The position numbers were made by a program, and so were the translations under genes. Shown here one piece after another: positions 13,051 to 26,443 of a stretch of DNA of 64,000 nucleotides. The stretch spans positions 397,482,001 through 397,546,000 of the forward strand of contig OZ024741.1 of assembly GCA_964016885.1 (NCBI GenBank), read 5' to 3'. Position 1 is the first letter of the stretch. Every line of letters starts with the position of its first letter. The stretch is from Eledone cirrhosa (Eukaryota). The notes below the pieces were generated by a model. The model was not told the DNA's origin and ran no database searches. It worked only from the letters and a program-made list of their open reading frames with translations.

Positions 13051-13802
13051 GTCTTTTGGTTAGCTGTCCGCGTAGAGAACGTCCTGAGTGGGCTAGTTGG
13101 ATATCTAGTCCCTCTCATCTGATAGCTCTACGGATGGCTGTTGTTGTTTCGTCACTGAAGTGTGGTAGCTCAGAAAGCAGGTATTAGTATCTCGGGTGTG
13201 GTGTCCTCTGTTCTTTCTGGCACGGTTTGCGGTGGACGTCGGGTATCTGTTCAGTTTAAGTACCTCCAGGAAATGTGTGGTGTGTGTGTCTCGGTCTCTT
13301 GCGTCGGTGCATTTGTTCCGGATACGTGTCAGTTCGTTCCTTATGTATACGAACTTAGTGCGTAAATAACATTACTAATATGTCGTTGATAAACACAAAT
13401 ATAATCACATATAACAAATACAACTATTGCTAGGAACCTCACAAAAACAGATGACCAGTGTGTGAGAAATAAAAAAGCGAAAAAGAAAAAAGGAAAAAAA
13501 ATAGAGAAGCATAAACAAATACAAAACCACCATCAATTCACCAGCAAGTGCGACAATCGGCCCCACAACACACCAGAAGGGTCACCGGAACACTTTGAGG
13601 CAAGAATTTATTTTACAAGCTGTTTATACAAAAACAAAACACACAACTAAAGGGAAAAAAAAGAGGGAGGGAATAATAAGAAGAAAAAGAAAAAAGAATT
13701 AAGCAACGAAAAAAGGGAGAAGGAAGAAAATTCATATAAAAATGATAATAAAGGTTCTAACCACTAAGCCACATGACCTCACCCTGTTTCCTAGCATTAG
13801 CT

Positions 13803-13985
13803 TTATAATTGTTTCTACTTAAGGCACAAGGCCAGCAATTACCCAGTACATTACTGGTACTTTATTTTATCGACCCCGTAAGGATGAAAGGCAAAGTTAA
13901 CCTCGGCGGGATTTGAACTCAGACCGTAAAGGGACGTAACTATGTTAGAAAGCATGGCATCCGACCCTCTACCGATACTGCCAAT
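13803..13985 (-). mobile_element. SINE family A
   Basis: Reverse-complement match to 1539-1717. Confidence 0.85.
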
Positions 13986-14039
13986 AATGACAATTATTGT
14001 GTACAGTGCTCAGGTGCACTACAACTCATCAAAAGTGCA

Positions 14040-14260
14040 TGTGTAGGGGGGGGGAGTCCTCCTCAAACACTCCTTCCAGCGAGTTTGTCAGAAACAAGCA
14101 TCTCCAACTGATCCAGCTGGATCCTAAAGCAAGACAGCCAAGCTCATGGATGTAATTCAACTATTTTGCCCGAGGTCTACCTCTGGGTCTCCTGCCGGTT
14201 GGTTTTGCCTGTAAAATCTGTCCAGCAATTCTTTCCTGAGACATTCTAGCCACATAATAT
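14040..14260 (-). mobile_element. RTE-like LINE 3' fragment
   Basis: ARMSQERIAGQILQAKPTGRRPRGRPR; related to 51948-52205. Confidence 0.7.
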
Positions 14261-14299
14261 ACACGGAGACACACACACAGACACACACACAGACACACA

Positions 14300-14354
<55 letters not shown>

Positions 14355-14389
14355 CACACACACACAAACATACACAGACATGTGTACAT

Positions 14390-15300
14390 GTGTATGGGGG
14401 GAATATTAGGTGTAGTGTTGGCGAATTTCAGGAAGCATGGAGGTTTTAAAGGATGCAGTGTCTGGACAGCTAACAACTGATGCAGGTAGTTTGTTCCATG
14501 GAGGTTTGTAAAGGATGCAGTGTCTCGACAGCTCACAACTGATGCAGGTAGTTTGTTCCATGGAGGTTTGTAAAGGATTTAGTGTCTCGACAGCTAACAA
14601 CTGATGCAGGTAGTTTGTTCCATGGAGGTTTTAAAGGATGCAGTGTCTCGACAGCTAACAACTGATGCAGGTAGTTTGTTCCATGGAGGTTTTAAAGGAT
14701 GCAGTGTCTCGACAGCTAACAGCTGATGCAGATAGTTTGTTCCATGGAGGTTTGTAAAGGATTTAGTGTCTCGACAGCTAACAACTGATGCAGGTAATTT
14801 GTTCCATGGTGGTTTGTAAAGGATTTAGTGTCTCGACAGCTAACAACTGATGCAGGTAATTTGTTCCATGGAGGTTTGTAAAGGATTTAGTGTCTCGACA
14901 GATAACAACTGATGCAGGTAGTTTGTTCCATGGTGGTTTTAAAGGATGCAGTGTCTCGGCAGCTAACAACTGATGCAGGTAGTTTGTTTCATGGAGGTTT
15001 TAAAGGATGCAGTGTTTCTGCAGCTAACAACTGATGCAGGTAGTTTGTTCCATAGAGGTTTTAAAGGATGCAGTATCTCGACAGCTAACAACTGATGCGG
15101 TTAGTTAGTTCCATGCTTCAGCAACTCTGGGCGTGAAAAAATGTTTCTGAAAGTCATGGGAGCTGTACTGTTTTCTGTTTTTGTAAGGATGTCCACGTGT
15201 GTTAGACACATGGAATTTAAAAAGGTGCTCAGGGTCGGTGTTGGAAAGATTTATATATGTAATATATCAAATGATAACATGTAATATTTCTCCCGCCAGA
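14390..15300 (-). mobile_element. CR1-clade LINE 3' fragment containing an internal tandem array
   Basis: Reads HLFKFHVSNTRGHPYK...FFTPRVAEAWN then ...ASFKTSMLPEIRQHYT, a typical CR1 C-terminus. Confidence 0.8.
14436..15115. repeat. Minisatellite, ~11 copies of 61-62 bp
   Basis: Unit catggaggttttaaaggatgcagtgtctcgacagctaacaactgatgcaggtagtttgttc (period 14621 to 14682). Confidence 0.95.
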
Positions 15301-15420
15301 AAAATTAGATGTGCTTCTTTTTCAACCTTACTTGGGACCGGATTTAGTGGGAAGGACAGGGAATTTTCTCCGCCACCCTCATCCGCTGGGGTCCCTCTTG
15401 ACCGGTATGTGTGTGTGTGT

Positions 15421-15912
15421 GTGTGACAGCTCACACCTATGCAGGTTAGCTGGCCTCCTCCAATGTATATCTCGTTGGAGGTGTCTTGGGTAACTTAATG
15501 ATAGGGACCCCCAGTCCTATCATCTCATTTCTACAGCTGAGTAAACTGGAGCAGCGTGAAATAAAATGTCTTCCTCAAGGAAACAACACATCACCCGGTC
15601 CGCGAATTGAACTCGCAACCTTTCGATTGCAAGCCCAAAGCTCTAACCACTAAGCCATGCGACTTCACATGGTAGGGTTAAAGTGTGTGACAGCTCACAC
15701 CTATGCAGGTTAGCTGGCCTCCTCCAAGGTATATCTCGTTGGAGGTGTCTTGGGTGATTTAATGATAGGGACCCCAGTCCTATCATCTCATTTCTACAGC
15801 TGAGTAAACTGGAGCAACGTGAAATAAAATGTCAACACATCACCCGGTCCGAGAATTGAACTCACAACCTCTCGATTGCAAGCCCAATGCTCTAACCACT
15901 AAGTCATGCGCC
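15421..15912 (-). mobile_element. Two tandem copies of tRNA-derived SINE family B
   Basis: 15421-15662 and 15686-15912; head gcatggcttagtggttagagc...gagttcaattc, body ttatttcacgttgctcc. Confidence 0.8.
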
Positions 15913-16489
15913 CGCGATGGGGCCTGGTGAGATAAATATGCTCTGGGACCCCCAAGTTTTAAATCTGGCCCTAACCTTACTGGGCACTGATTGGAGTCTA
16001 TGAGGAAATATTTCTCAATTAAATCCTTTAATGATTTGTAATATAAATATTTTGGGGCCAAATCACTATAACCAAGAAGAAGAAGAAGAAGAAGGAGGAG
16101 GAGGAGGAGGAGGAGGAGGAGGAGGAGGAGGAGGAGGAGGAGGAGAAGAAGCTTCCGCCGGAAAGAATATTTGTTGTCTTTTCTTCAGCCTTGCTTCCAT
16201 TTTTTGTTTTGTTTTTTCCTGTCCTTTCCGCCTTCATGATCTGTGAAGATATATTCTAAATAGTTGCTTTACAAAAACAACTTATCAAATTTGACCCTGA
16301 AAGACATGTTGAATATGTTCTGTATAATCTTGATGGCCTTCCTGGCTTCTATATCAATATTGAAACTTTTCTCTGAGTACAGCATCACCGAAATAGTCAT
16401 CCCATGAGACACGTTCTTGTCTGATTACCCTGTGACAAACAGGCGAAACTTTACAGTAACAAGATTCCCTTTTTAGCAGTAATAATGAA

Positions 16490-16559
<70 letters not shown>

Positions 16560-16560
<1 letters not shown>

Positions 16561-17323
16561 GGATACTATTTATGGTTATGTATATACTAAAACTTTTTAT
16601 AGTTATATATATTTTAAACCCTAAACAGTGAAAGACAGTAATTTATTACTACCTTATTACCAGTAAGATAAATAGCTCAATGTAATAACATCAGTTGTTC
16701 TACAGAGCAGTTATATATAGAAATCACATGAATCAAAGTTCTGTTCAAACCATTTATTAGCTTACAATTGTTTCGTCCAAACCGAGGTTTGGAGTCTTCG
16801 GACCAATTTTTCAATGATTGTTTACATACATGACCTCCTTTCCAACACAAGAGACATCCAGAAACATGTATATATCGATGCACAGTGGGGTGACATCCAT
16901 TATAATATTTTAGCATGGCAATTTACATTCAGAAATTAAAATCATATTAAAAGAAAATTAAAACAAAATTAAAGTTAAAATACAACATCGGCAGTTTACG
17001 AAGATAATGCAAGAGGATAGTTTGAAGTAGTTAGTGTATGCAATAGTTACACGTGGGACATGCACGTGTGTCTTATTTATATAAGATTAATGTGCGGCAA
17101 GGTGTTATATGCAATACAAGCACTTTAAGCGGGTAAACAAGAGTATTATGGGGGTTGTACTGGTAAAGTATTTTTTTATGTATGATAGATTATATGTCCT
17201 TCACATAATTAAAGAGGATTCAGTATTGGAAGCTTGATGTATTAGGTTAGATTATTACTAACCTAATACATCAAGCTTCCAATACTGAATCATCGTGAAT
17301 TATGTGAAGGAGATATAATCTAT
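16560..17323 (-). mobile_element. Solo pseudo-LTR relic related to the 31821-36948 PLE, with 5' fold-back 17185-17323
   Basis: Colinear similarity to 31830-32600; hairpin arms 17185-17250 / 17258-17323; 3' end at (TA)n. Confidence 0.8.
16758..16805 (-). ncRNA. Hammerhead ribozyme, U4C core (CCGAAGA)
   Basis: CCGAAGA-c-tccaaac(ctcg)gtttgga-c-GAAA-caattg-TA; palindromic stem III. Confidence 0.75.
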
Positions 17324-17518
17324 ATATTACGTTTCCTGGATTGTGAAAATGGTGGTGTATACGAAAACCATAACATTATTTTGCTTCTCATTTTTAATAT
17401 TTCTCTGCACACAAGCTTCTTTATCATACATAAAAAATACTTTACCAGTGCAACCCTTCTCCTCAGGAGCACAAAGAGTAGGTGCTTCCCTCGTCTCCTC
17501 TTTTTCCTCTTCTTTCAC

Positions 17519-20500
17519 TTACAGGCTGATATAGAGAGAAGACCCATTCACTCTGGCCATTCTCCTTACTTTCACCCACCTTTCATAAAACTTGCTGGGG
17601 TAGAGCACCTCTCTCTCCATTCTGATCCTTCTTTTAAAATGGTATTTGAAAAAGGGGACCAGTTGTTGGCCGGAGAGAAAGGTGTCTGACCTCAGCCCTT
17701 TCAGCCTCGTCCACCATACAACTTCTTTAGCCATGGCTATCACACAGAGAAAAACCGCCTCTCCTTCGTTTTTGAAAGGGGGAGGCGGTTTGATCGTGAC
17801 AATGGACTCGGTGGTCAACCGGATTGGTCCCACCCTCGACAGTAGTCGTTCCACATAGCCCCACAGGTCAGCAATGCCTGGGCAGTGTACGAATGCGTGC
17901 GCAACGGTTTCGTCGTCATGCACGCATCTCGGACAGATCTTATTCAAAGGATCCCTACCCAGGCTCCCATGCCTGTGGAGCTTGTCTCGAACGGGTAGAG
18001 CCCCTCGGTAGCACTGCCAAGCCAGGGACTTTTGGAAGTTGTCCATCGGTCCAGGGCCAAATGTCCTACCGAACAGACTGGCCAGTTCATCTTCCTCCAT
18101 GCCTAGAGCTTCTCCGAGAGTATCGTCGCACCTGCTGCGTACCAACCCTCTATAGAATGTCGAGGTGGAGTCTCCACTGATTGCCGGGTCCGCTTTCCAG
18201 AGGGCCGTGAGCGCCTGGGCACATTCAATGTGCCAGTCGCCCACTTTTCTCGGTCTTTGCTTGACCCAGGATTGCAGCTCGGTGAGCGAGACGAGTCTGG
18301 GAAAGGCTCGCCTCACAAACGAGGCCCACACCGGTTGACCAGTGAGGAATACCTGGAGGTGCCGTAGCCTTAATGCGTGTTTACGCATCTGTAGCCACGA
18401 CATCCCCAGCCCTCCTTTCGAAGGGTGTTGACAGCAGATGGATCTCCTCACCGAAGGGGTCCGCTTGTTCCAAAGAAATTGGAACAGCGCGCACTCCATT
18501 TTGGCGAGTCTTTTCACTGGGCAAGGCACGACGGTCAAGCGGTAGTAGATGACGGATGCTATATAAGCGTTCGCCACCTCCGCTCGACCTTTCAGGGATA
18601 GTTTGCACTGGGCCCACTTCTGGGCGAGTGCAAACACCCTGGCCGTTACCTCGTTCCAGTTTTACTCCACCTGGAGGTCTGGTCCGAACCAGACCCCAAG
18701 CAGCTTCACCGGGCCCTCCGTCCAGCGTCCGACGACGTCGTTGGGGGGTATCAGTTTGCCTCTCCATGTTCCGAGTTGCAAACCGACGGACTTGTCCGGG
18801 TTCAGCTTGGCTCCTGTAAACCTTTCATATTCCTCCAGTAAGGTGCCGATCTCACCGATTTGCGAGGTACTCGACACCATTACTGTCACGTCATCGGCGT
18901 AGGCCGACGCCGCTTTCTGCAATCCCGGTTCCAAAGGGATGCCCTGCAACCGCTCCAAATTCCGCAGTAGTGGCTCAAGGGCCAGCACATACAGAAGGGA
19001 GGAGTGAGGGCATCCCTGTCGGATGGATCGCATGATTTGGAACGGCTCCGAGAGGTGGCCGTTCACCTTGATCCTTGAGCAGACGTTGCTGCTGTGCATC
19101 GCAGCAATCCAACCCCTGAAAACGGGTCCGAAGCCTGCCGCCGCGAGCACCGCATCCAGGTAACGATGGTCAACCCTATCGAAAGCTTTAGATTGATCCA
19201 AGTTGATCAGGGCCCCACCAAAGCCGGGTTTATTCCCTACCCTCTCTATGATGTATCGCATAAGGTGGATATTGTCGTGAATGGACCTGGGCGGGATTGC
19301 GCATGTCTGCGCTTCTCCCACCAGGTTTCCGACAACAAGCGCCAACCTCTTCGCTAACACCTTGGCCAAAATCTTTAACTCTGCATTTAGCAGAGTTATG
19401 GGCCTGAAGTTACATATGTCATCCCCTTGTTCTCGTCCTTCCTCACCAGCGTAACTACGCCCTTGGCCACAGAACTGGGAATTCTCCCGTTCTGCTGCCA
19501 GTTGCAGTAGACCGCTTCGAGGATATCGGAGAACAAGTCCGGCATCGCTACATATAGCTCGTATGGTAGACCTTCGAGACCCGGGGATTTGCGTTTGCCG
19601 CATTGGCTCAGCGCCGCCCCTATCTCAGCAGCTGAAATCGGCCTTTCGCAGGACTTCGCCTCCCCGTCCGAGAGGCGCGGCAGACCGTCGAGGTATGGAT
19701 TAAAATTCATAGTCTCACCCGGCGCGCCGCCCTTCCCGAACAGTTGTGCAAAGTGCCGCTGAAAGGCCGCACACATCTGCCCAGGTTCAAGGATCACACG
19801 CCCATCCTGGTCCTTCAAAGACCAAATCGTGGACTTGTTCCCACTTTTTGCCTCTGTCACTCGGGCCCAGCTAACAGCTTTGGCTCCCTCATTACCCAGA
19901 GCACGTATTTTACTCCTGACAACGCAGCCCTCGTGCTTCACATCAAAGAACTGGTCTAAGGCCATTCTTGATGCCAGCACGCTGGCTACATTGCCACTCC
20001 TAATCGCCTCTTCTACTCTATCTACTAATTCCCTTTCCGTATTGTTCCTATCCCTTGCTAATTCCTGACTAAAACCTATCGATTCTATTCTAATTGCTCT
20101 CTTAAGAGAGCTCCCCCACCTGTTGTTGACAATTTTCCCTGTCAAACTCTGCTTAACTAACGTGCTAATCCGTTTACTGTAAGCTTTGCTTGTCGGTAAG
20201 GACAAGTTCAGCTTCCAGTAACCGGGTCCCTGTCTATGGGTTCTATCAAGGTTGACTATGCAGGTCACTAACTTGTGATCCGAATAGTCAACCATGAACA
20301 TTTTTGGACAGCTAAATGTGTCCCTATCCTTATCTCTAACTAGGACCCTATCTAGGTACGACCTAGATGTTCCGCTGAGATTGGTCCACATCCATAGTGG
20401 TACAGTCAGAAAATCTAGTTGATATCTATCGGCCAAGTCAAATCGGCCGATTAACCTTTTGAGGCTTTTACACCCCCTTCTATTGTCACATGCCCCTACA

Positions 20501-20954
20501 TAGTTCCAACGTGCATCCAGGATACCATTCCAGTCCCCCATTAAAGCAAGGAGCGGGACGTTCCCAGAAAAGTTTCCAGACGTTGGAAGTAGTCCGGCCG
20601 CGCTACCCAAAAAGGGGCGTACACAGCAATTAGTCTATGGGCTCCACTTTCACTACTGCCGACGTCTAAAACCACCAGTCGACCCTCCGGGTCCAGGTGC
20701 ACCTTCTGTATGGCGAGGCCCAGGTGTTTTCGCAGCAGAACGACAACTCCACCCCCACCCCCCGGTTGACAGAGAGATGCGAAGATCTCAAAGTCGTCGA
20801 AGAGGGGCGCTAGTTGGCGCTCGCTGCTGATCCTGGACTCGCAAATAGCCATTACATCCATTCTATGCGACCTGAGATCGTTTAAAAGTTTGCCTTGTTT
20901 CCAAGACAGTCCCAGGCCGCGTACATTCAGACACCCAACTCTTATATCAGCCAT
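17519..20954 (-). pseudogene. Tx1/L1 ORF2 (APE endonuclease + RT + Zn domain), frameshifted into four pieces
   Basis: CLNVRG, VYAP, GDWN, YLDR, SDH; RPITLLN, LDQSKAFDRV, RQGCP, AYADD; CPRC...ETVAHAFVHC. Confidence 0.92.
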
Positions 20955-21550
20955 GTTGGTTAAAAGAGGAAGGACCTACCTGTTCGGCTCCTGAGGAGCA
21001 GGTTGCACAATATCCATGGGCGTATTGGAGGGGTTGTTTGGTGGGGTGTTGTTCTGTGGTGGGGTGGGGGTGTTTGGTGAGGTGTGGGTGTCTTGGGTGT
21101 GGGTGGGGAAACGTTTCAAGAGGACGCGGTTATAGGGTCGAGTACATGTTTTCCCCACGTCCTCAGGAAAGTTCTCTCTTAGTTTTGCATAGGTGTCTAT
21201 TGGGAGTCTTATCATTTTTAAATGCGGTTTGTTGGCCGCGCTTGCAAAGAATTGGCCTTCAGTTTCCACCGAAGGGTCTTTGTGTTTTGTTTTTACTAGT
21301 TCTTTGTTATTTGTGTTAATGTATGTATACTGTTTTGTTTGTATTGTGTTTGTGTTTGTTTGTTGTTCTTGTGTGTGCTTGCGTTTTGTTGTATGTGTTA
21401 TGTTTTGGGGTGGGGTGGATTTTGTTTGTTCTGTTTGTTTTGTTTTTGTTGGTGGTTGTGTGTTTGTTTCGTTTATGTTCGTGTGGTGTTTTCTTTTTTT
21501 TCTTTTTACAGGTTGGAAAGGTTCCCCCCTCTTCGTCACTAGGTGCCGTT

Positions 21551-22747
21551 TCAGCTGGGTCCTCGTCCGTGCTGTCGGGTAGTGGTGTATTTTGGGGTTT
21601 TGTTGTGTTTCTGTGTGTTTTTGGAGTTGTTTTGGGTGGGACCGTGTCCTGTGTTATTTTTCCGTGTTGTTTTTGTTGTTGTTGTTGTTGTGGTGGTGGT
21701 AGTGGTGGTGGTGGTGGTGGTGTGTGGGGTGTAGGCAAAAGAGCCTTTTTTTGTCAATTGAGGACAGGCAGCCCTTAGATGACCCCTGCTTGAACAGTAG
21801 TAACATATGGGCCTCCTACCCTCGGCTGAAATGTATACAAATGTTTCTCCATCGAGGGACACCCTCTGTGGTATTCTAGCTATTCGTTCTGGTCTCATTT
21901 GGACCAGAACCTCCACGCTCAAACCGCCGAAAACGTCTGTGGTGACTTCTCCTACTGAGAGGATTCCGTCCTCGTCTTCTAAAAATCCTGTTAGTACCCA
22001 GGAAATGCATGCATTTGGCCGGATTCCGGAGACTCTTATTTTTTGCGTTCTTTTCCCCAAATATGTGGGGAAAAATGTGTGTAGCTTGGAAACAATTGAC
22101 GACACAGAGTATTTCCTGGCCGTCAATTGATCCTTCATTAGCACCGTTATATTCCCATAGAGTGGCCCTTTTTGTATGAACGATATATCACTCCACACAT
22201 TTTTTAGGACCAGCTCAATTTCTTTTTGGGATAATTGAGCTGGTTTCCTTATGTTGGAAATTGTTCTGAAAGATATCGTTCTTAGTGTCGTGTCTCTTTT
22301 GATTTCTTGTGGGGAGGTCATTGTGAAGTCTCCTCCTTCTTTGAAAGTTACATACTGTTTTGCTTCCTTCATCTTTTCTTTCAGAGTTGTAATGTCCAGT
22401 TGCTTGCAGATCTGTGTTTTTCGGACCGCCTGTGCAAAGGAGGCACCAGTAGTGGGTTCGCTTTGTTTGATGTTATCGTTATTTTTTTCATTTTTTTCTT
22501 GGTTGGTGTTGTGACTATTGCTGTTGTTGGTCGTGCTGTTATTGTCATTGTTGTTCTTGTCTGCGTTTATGTGACTTTCTGGGTTTTCACCCATTTTTAC
22601 AAATTTTTCTTTTAATTCCGTGTTCCATGTTTCTTTTGCAGAAGTGAGGAGGGAAGACTTAGAGCATTGTGCTTCTAGCTTCTCTGTATCACCTTTCTTA
22701 GGGGGCGTGGCTTTCTCGTTAGGATGAGATGTGAAAATTCCGTCCAT
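21551..22747 (-). CDS. Tx1/L1 ORF1, gag-like nucleic-acid-binding protein
   Basis: 398-aa ORF with CYYCSSRGHLRAAC zinc knuckle; low-complexity C-terminus probably continued by frameshift to 20976. Confidence 0.8.
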   Translation of the reverse strand: MDGIFTSHPNEKATPPKKGDTEKLEAQCSKSSLLTSAKETWNTELKEKFVKMGENPESHINADKNNNDNNSTTNNSNSHNTNQEKNEKNNDNIKQSEPTTGASFAQAVRKTQICKQLDITTLKEKMKEAKQYVTFKEGGDFTMTSPQEIKRDTTLRTISFRTISNIRKPAQLSQKEIELVLKNVWSDISFIQKGPLYGNITVLMKDQLTARKYSVSSIVSKLHTFFPTYLGKRTQKIRVSGIRPNACISWVLTGFLEDEDGILSVGEVTTDVFGGLSVEVLVQMRPERIARIPQRVSLDGETFVYISAEGRRPICYYCSSRGHLRAACPQLTKKGSFAYTPHTTTTTTTTTTTTTTTTKTTRKNNTGHGPTQNNSKNTQKHNKTPKYTTTRQHGRGPS

Positions 22748-22956
22748 TCTATCAGTTTGCCGTAATAAATTTTTAAATGTAAAATTCGCCCCAAAAAGGG
22801 GCGAAAATAAATAAACTCAAAGTCTGACGACCCAGGCAAGGGGTTAACGTATATTACAGTACAAAAACAATAAATCAAAACTCACTTTTGAGTAAGTAAA
22901 TCCAACTCGGTAGCCGAGCTTGTTCACACACGTCAACACACGTCTCTCGTATACGA

Positions 22957-23319
22957 AATGTTATGTGAGATATTATGTGAGGTAAAGCCTTTACTGTGAA
23001 AATATAATAGTATATATAGAGTAATGTAAATGTTATGTGAGATATTATGTGAGGCAAAGCTTTTACTGTGAAAATACAATAGTATATATAGAGTAATGTA
23101 AATGTTATGAGATATTATGTGAGGTAAAGCCTTTACTGTGAAAATACAATAGTATATATATAGAGTAATGTAAATGTTATGAGATATTATGTGAGGTAAA
23201 GCCTTTACTGTGAAAATACAATAGTATATATAGAGTAATGTAAATGCTATGAGATATTATGTGAGGTAAAGCCTTTACTGTGAAAATACAATAGTATATA
23301 TAGAGTAATGTAAATGCTA
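22957..23319. repeat. Minisatellite, 5 copies of 70-72 bp
   Basis: aatgttatgagatattatgtgaggtaaagcctttactgtgaaaatacaatag... starts at 22957, 23029, 23101, 23173, 23243. Confidence 0.95.
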
Positions 23320-23687
23320 AAGGGTTAAGTACCTGTCTACGTCACTATTATTTTAGAAAGTAATCAAATAAGCAAGCAGATAAACGGTGAAGCGTTTTCA
23401 CAATTATTTGCATTCTTTCCGTGTTCTACAGATTTGTCAGGCTCAGTTGACAAGGGGCTGTCACATTTGTTAATACATGGTTACAAACATTTGCATGCTG
23501 TGTTATTATTCTTCGTTATAAACGTCATGAACTGACTTCCCTAATCTGGGGCTCAAACTTATCAACCTACTCGTGCTGAGCCCTGGAAAATGATCACTGA
23601 TCTCTGATGTTGATCATGTGAATGAGAACAACCTGAGACCAACTTATACGTAAGAGAGAGAGGGAGGGCGAGAGAGAGGAAGAGAGA

Positions 23688-23759
<72 letters not shown>

Positions 23760-23807
23760 TAAGTGTGCGAGTTAGAGAGTTAAAGATATATAGAGGAGGG
23801 GGTGTAT

Positions 23808-24536
23808 TAGATAGTTAGATAGATAGATATCTTTCTTTATTTGCCACAGGGGCGTACAAAAATGGGACATTACAAGACGTGACGGCGGGGGTTTACATAA
23901 AATCTTTAACAATGATAAATAACAATAAACTTAGATAGTTAGATAGATATGTTTCTTTATCAGCCACAGGGGCACAAAAGAAGGGGACAAATACAAAGGG
24001 GGAAGTTTACATAAAATAAAAACGTGTAAAATATTATTACAAATGTAATTTAAAAGTTAATCGATTTTCCCCAATAGGGGGAGACATTTCATATGGGTAA
24101 CACATACCCCGAAAAAAATGTGCAACCCTCATCTCCAGGAGTACGAAGAGTTTGTACCCCTTTCCTCTCTTCCTCATTTTCCTCAACCTACAGGCTGATA
24201 TAGAGAGAAGGCCCATTCACTTGAGCCATTCTCGCCACTTTCACCCACCTTTCATAAAACTTGCTGGGGTACAGCACCTCTCTCTCCATCCTGATTCTTC
24301 TTCCAAAGTGGTATTTGAAAAAAAGAATCAGTTGTCGGCCGGAGAGAAAGGTGTCTGACCTCAGCCCTTTTAACCTCGTCCACCATACAACCTCTTTCGC
24401 CATAGCTATCACACAAAGGAAAACCACCTCTCCTTCGTTTTTGAAGGAGGGTGGCGATTTGATTATGACAATGGACTCGGTGGTCAACCGGATTGGTCCC
24501 ACCCGCGGCAATAGTCGTTCTACATAGCCCCACATG
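23808..24536 (-). mobile_element. 5'-truncated Tx1 copy with duplicated 3' terminus
   Basis: 24188-24535 encodes a near-identical C-terminus to 17519-17866; two 3' ends (a-taaagaaa...tatctatct) at about 23810-23845 and 23931-23962. Confidence 0.85.
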
Positions 24537-25330
24537 TCGTGTGTATATATATATGTATATGTATATCTGTGTGTATGTGTATGTGTGTATATCTATATGT
24601 GTATATGTGTATGTGTGTATGTATGTGTATGTCTATATGTACAACACCATCCCCATTGGCTTTCACCCTCCCCCTATCTGTGTACTACGCCACCCCCACC
24701 GATACTCCCCCCTCTCTCTATCTATCCACACGCGCGCATGCGCATATATATGTGTGTGTATATGTGCATATAGATATATGTACGCATGGATGTATGTGGG
24801 CGCGTGTATGTGTGTGTATATAGGTGTGTATGTATATATGTCAGTACATATGCGCATGTATATATATATACAACGTATTTGTCAGACTTAGACTGTCTAG
24901 ATATGTACCTCCCCATGGACTTGACACCTCCAACACATCCACCACACCACCACAAACGCCACTACCATAAACAACAAAACCACAACCACACCTCACACAA
25001 TAACCAGCCACAAATATACGCCAACCTGTCTACTGACAATCCACCACCCCACCTCACAAACCATCCCAGTCAGCGACCGTCACCACCATCTTATCATCAC
25101 ATCCACCCCACATACACTACAGGCGAAAGCCAATCCGCCACCCCCACACCACAGCCCATCGCAGCCAGCGACCGTCACCACCATCTGATCATCACATCCA
25201 CCCCCACATACACTACAAGTGAATACATCCCTATGATCTATTCCACCAATCAAAACAACTCATATTGACCACTTGTGAACTTCTGACTTTACCACATAGC
25301 ATGTATTCATTTTCTTATAGCATTTTAAAG

Positions 25331-25415
25331 GGTCCGTCGAGCTGCCGATTATTAAGTCGGGTAAGATCGATACAGATGGAAACTTGAGCTGATCAATGGC
25401 GAAACGCGCGTCACC
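25331..25415 (+). ncRNA. Hammerhead motif, variant or degenerate core CCGTCGA
   Basis: ggt-CCGTCGA-gctgccgat...atcaatggc-GAAA-cgcgcg-TC-acc; 3' halves of similar motifs at 6851-6880 (-) and 44905-44920. Confidence 0.6.
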
Positions 25416-25486
25416 TACCAATAAATGTAATGAAGGAGTAACCAATTGTCCTTGTTATACTTTCAATATATATATATATATATATA

Positions 25487-26368
25487 AGTATTAAAGTTTC
25501 CGTTGAAAATTGAAAAAGTCATAGGAGTGAAGAGTGCTCTATGTAAGTACCAGAGCTAAATTTAATGTATAATAAACAATACAATATAATTACCTCATTA
25601 CCAGAGGTTTCCCGAATAAGACGAATACGAAAAACGTCCTCATTCGTTCATCGGACAAGGCAATTTAAAACATAGTGAAATATTTGAAAAATCTCCTCAA
25701 GAAAGGCAAGAGTTTAACGGGCAAAAAATATATAAATAAAAGTAATGCAAGAGATATATAAAAAAATAAGGAAATAGAGTTAGGGTATGTGTATATGTAT
25801 GTATATACACTCACAGATGTACATATGTGTGTATGTACAAATGCATGTGTATGGTGAAAATGTGTGCGTAAGTACATATATGAGGGCAAGTATATTTGTG
25901 TATATGTGACCACAAATAGGTATATAATATGAGTTGAAAAAGAAATTGTAAGATAATATAGTTAACATACATCCAGATACAGGTATTAAATATATACACA
26001 TACGAGTATGAAAGCACACGTATAAACACACACACACGCGCGATCACTTATATGCGGAAGTTAAAGAGGGAAGGGAGTGTAATAGTAAAAAGAAGTGTCA
26101 TTCTCGATACATGTATAAAAATGAAACAATATATGAGAATGAAAAAAAAATTTTAAATCAAAGAGAAAGTAAGAGGGAGGGGTTATCAATTAACACTAGA
26201 GAAAAGAAAACAAACATAGGTACGCACGTACACACTCATATATATATATATATTTATACACACAAATACGTACAGACAAAAGCGCATGCATGCGTACATA
26301 CATACAGACGAGGCACGTATATATATATATATATCGCCACATGTATATCTAATCACACGTACGTACGC

Positions 26369-26443
<75 letters not shown>

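Larger units (their letters stand above)
17440..22955 (-). mobile_element. Near full-length L1/Tx1-clade LINE
   Basis: ORF1 with CCHC knuckle; ORF2 with APE, RT and C-terminal CxxC-H-C; a few frameshifts. Confidence 0.93.

Noticed and set aside
14436-15115. Regular array that might suggest CRISPR
   Set aside because: No unique spacers, no cas genes, eukaryotic context; the unit derives from a LINE.
16150-16440. Unique-looking segment that could be an exon
   Set aside because: Only short frames, no known motifs and no convincing splice pair.
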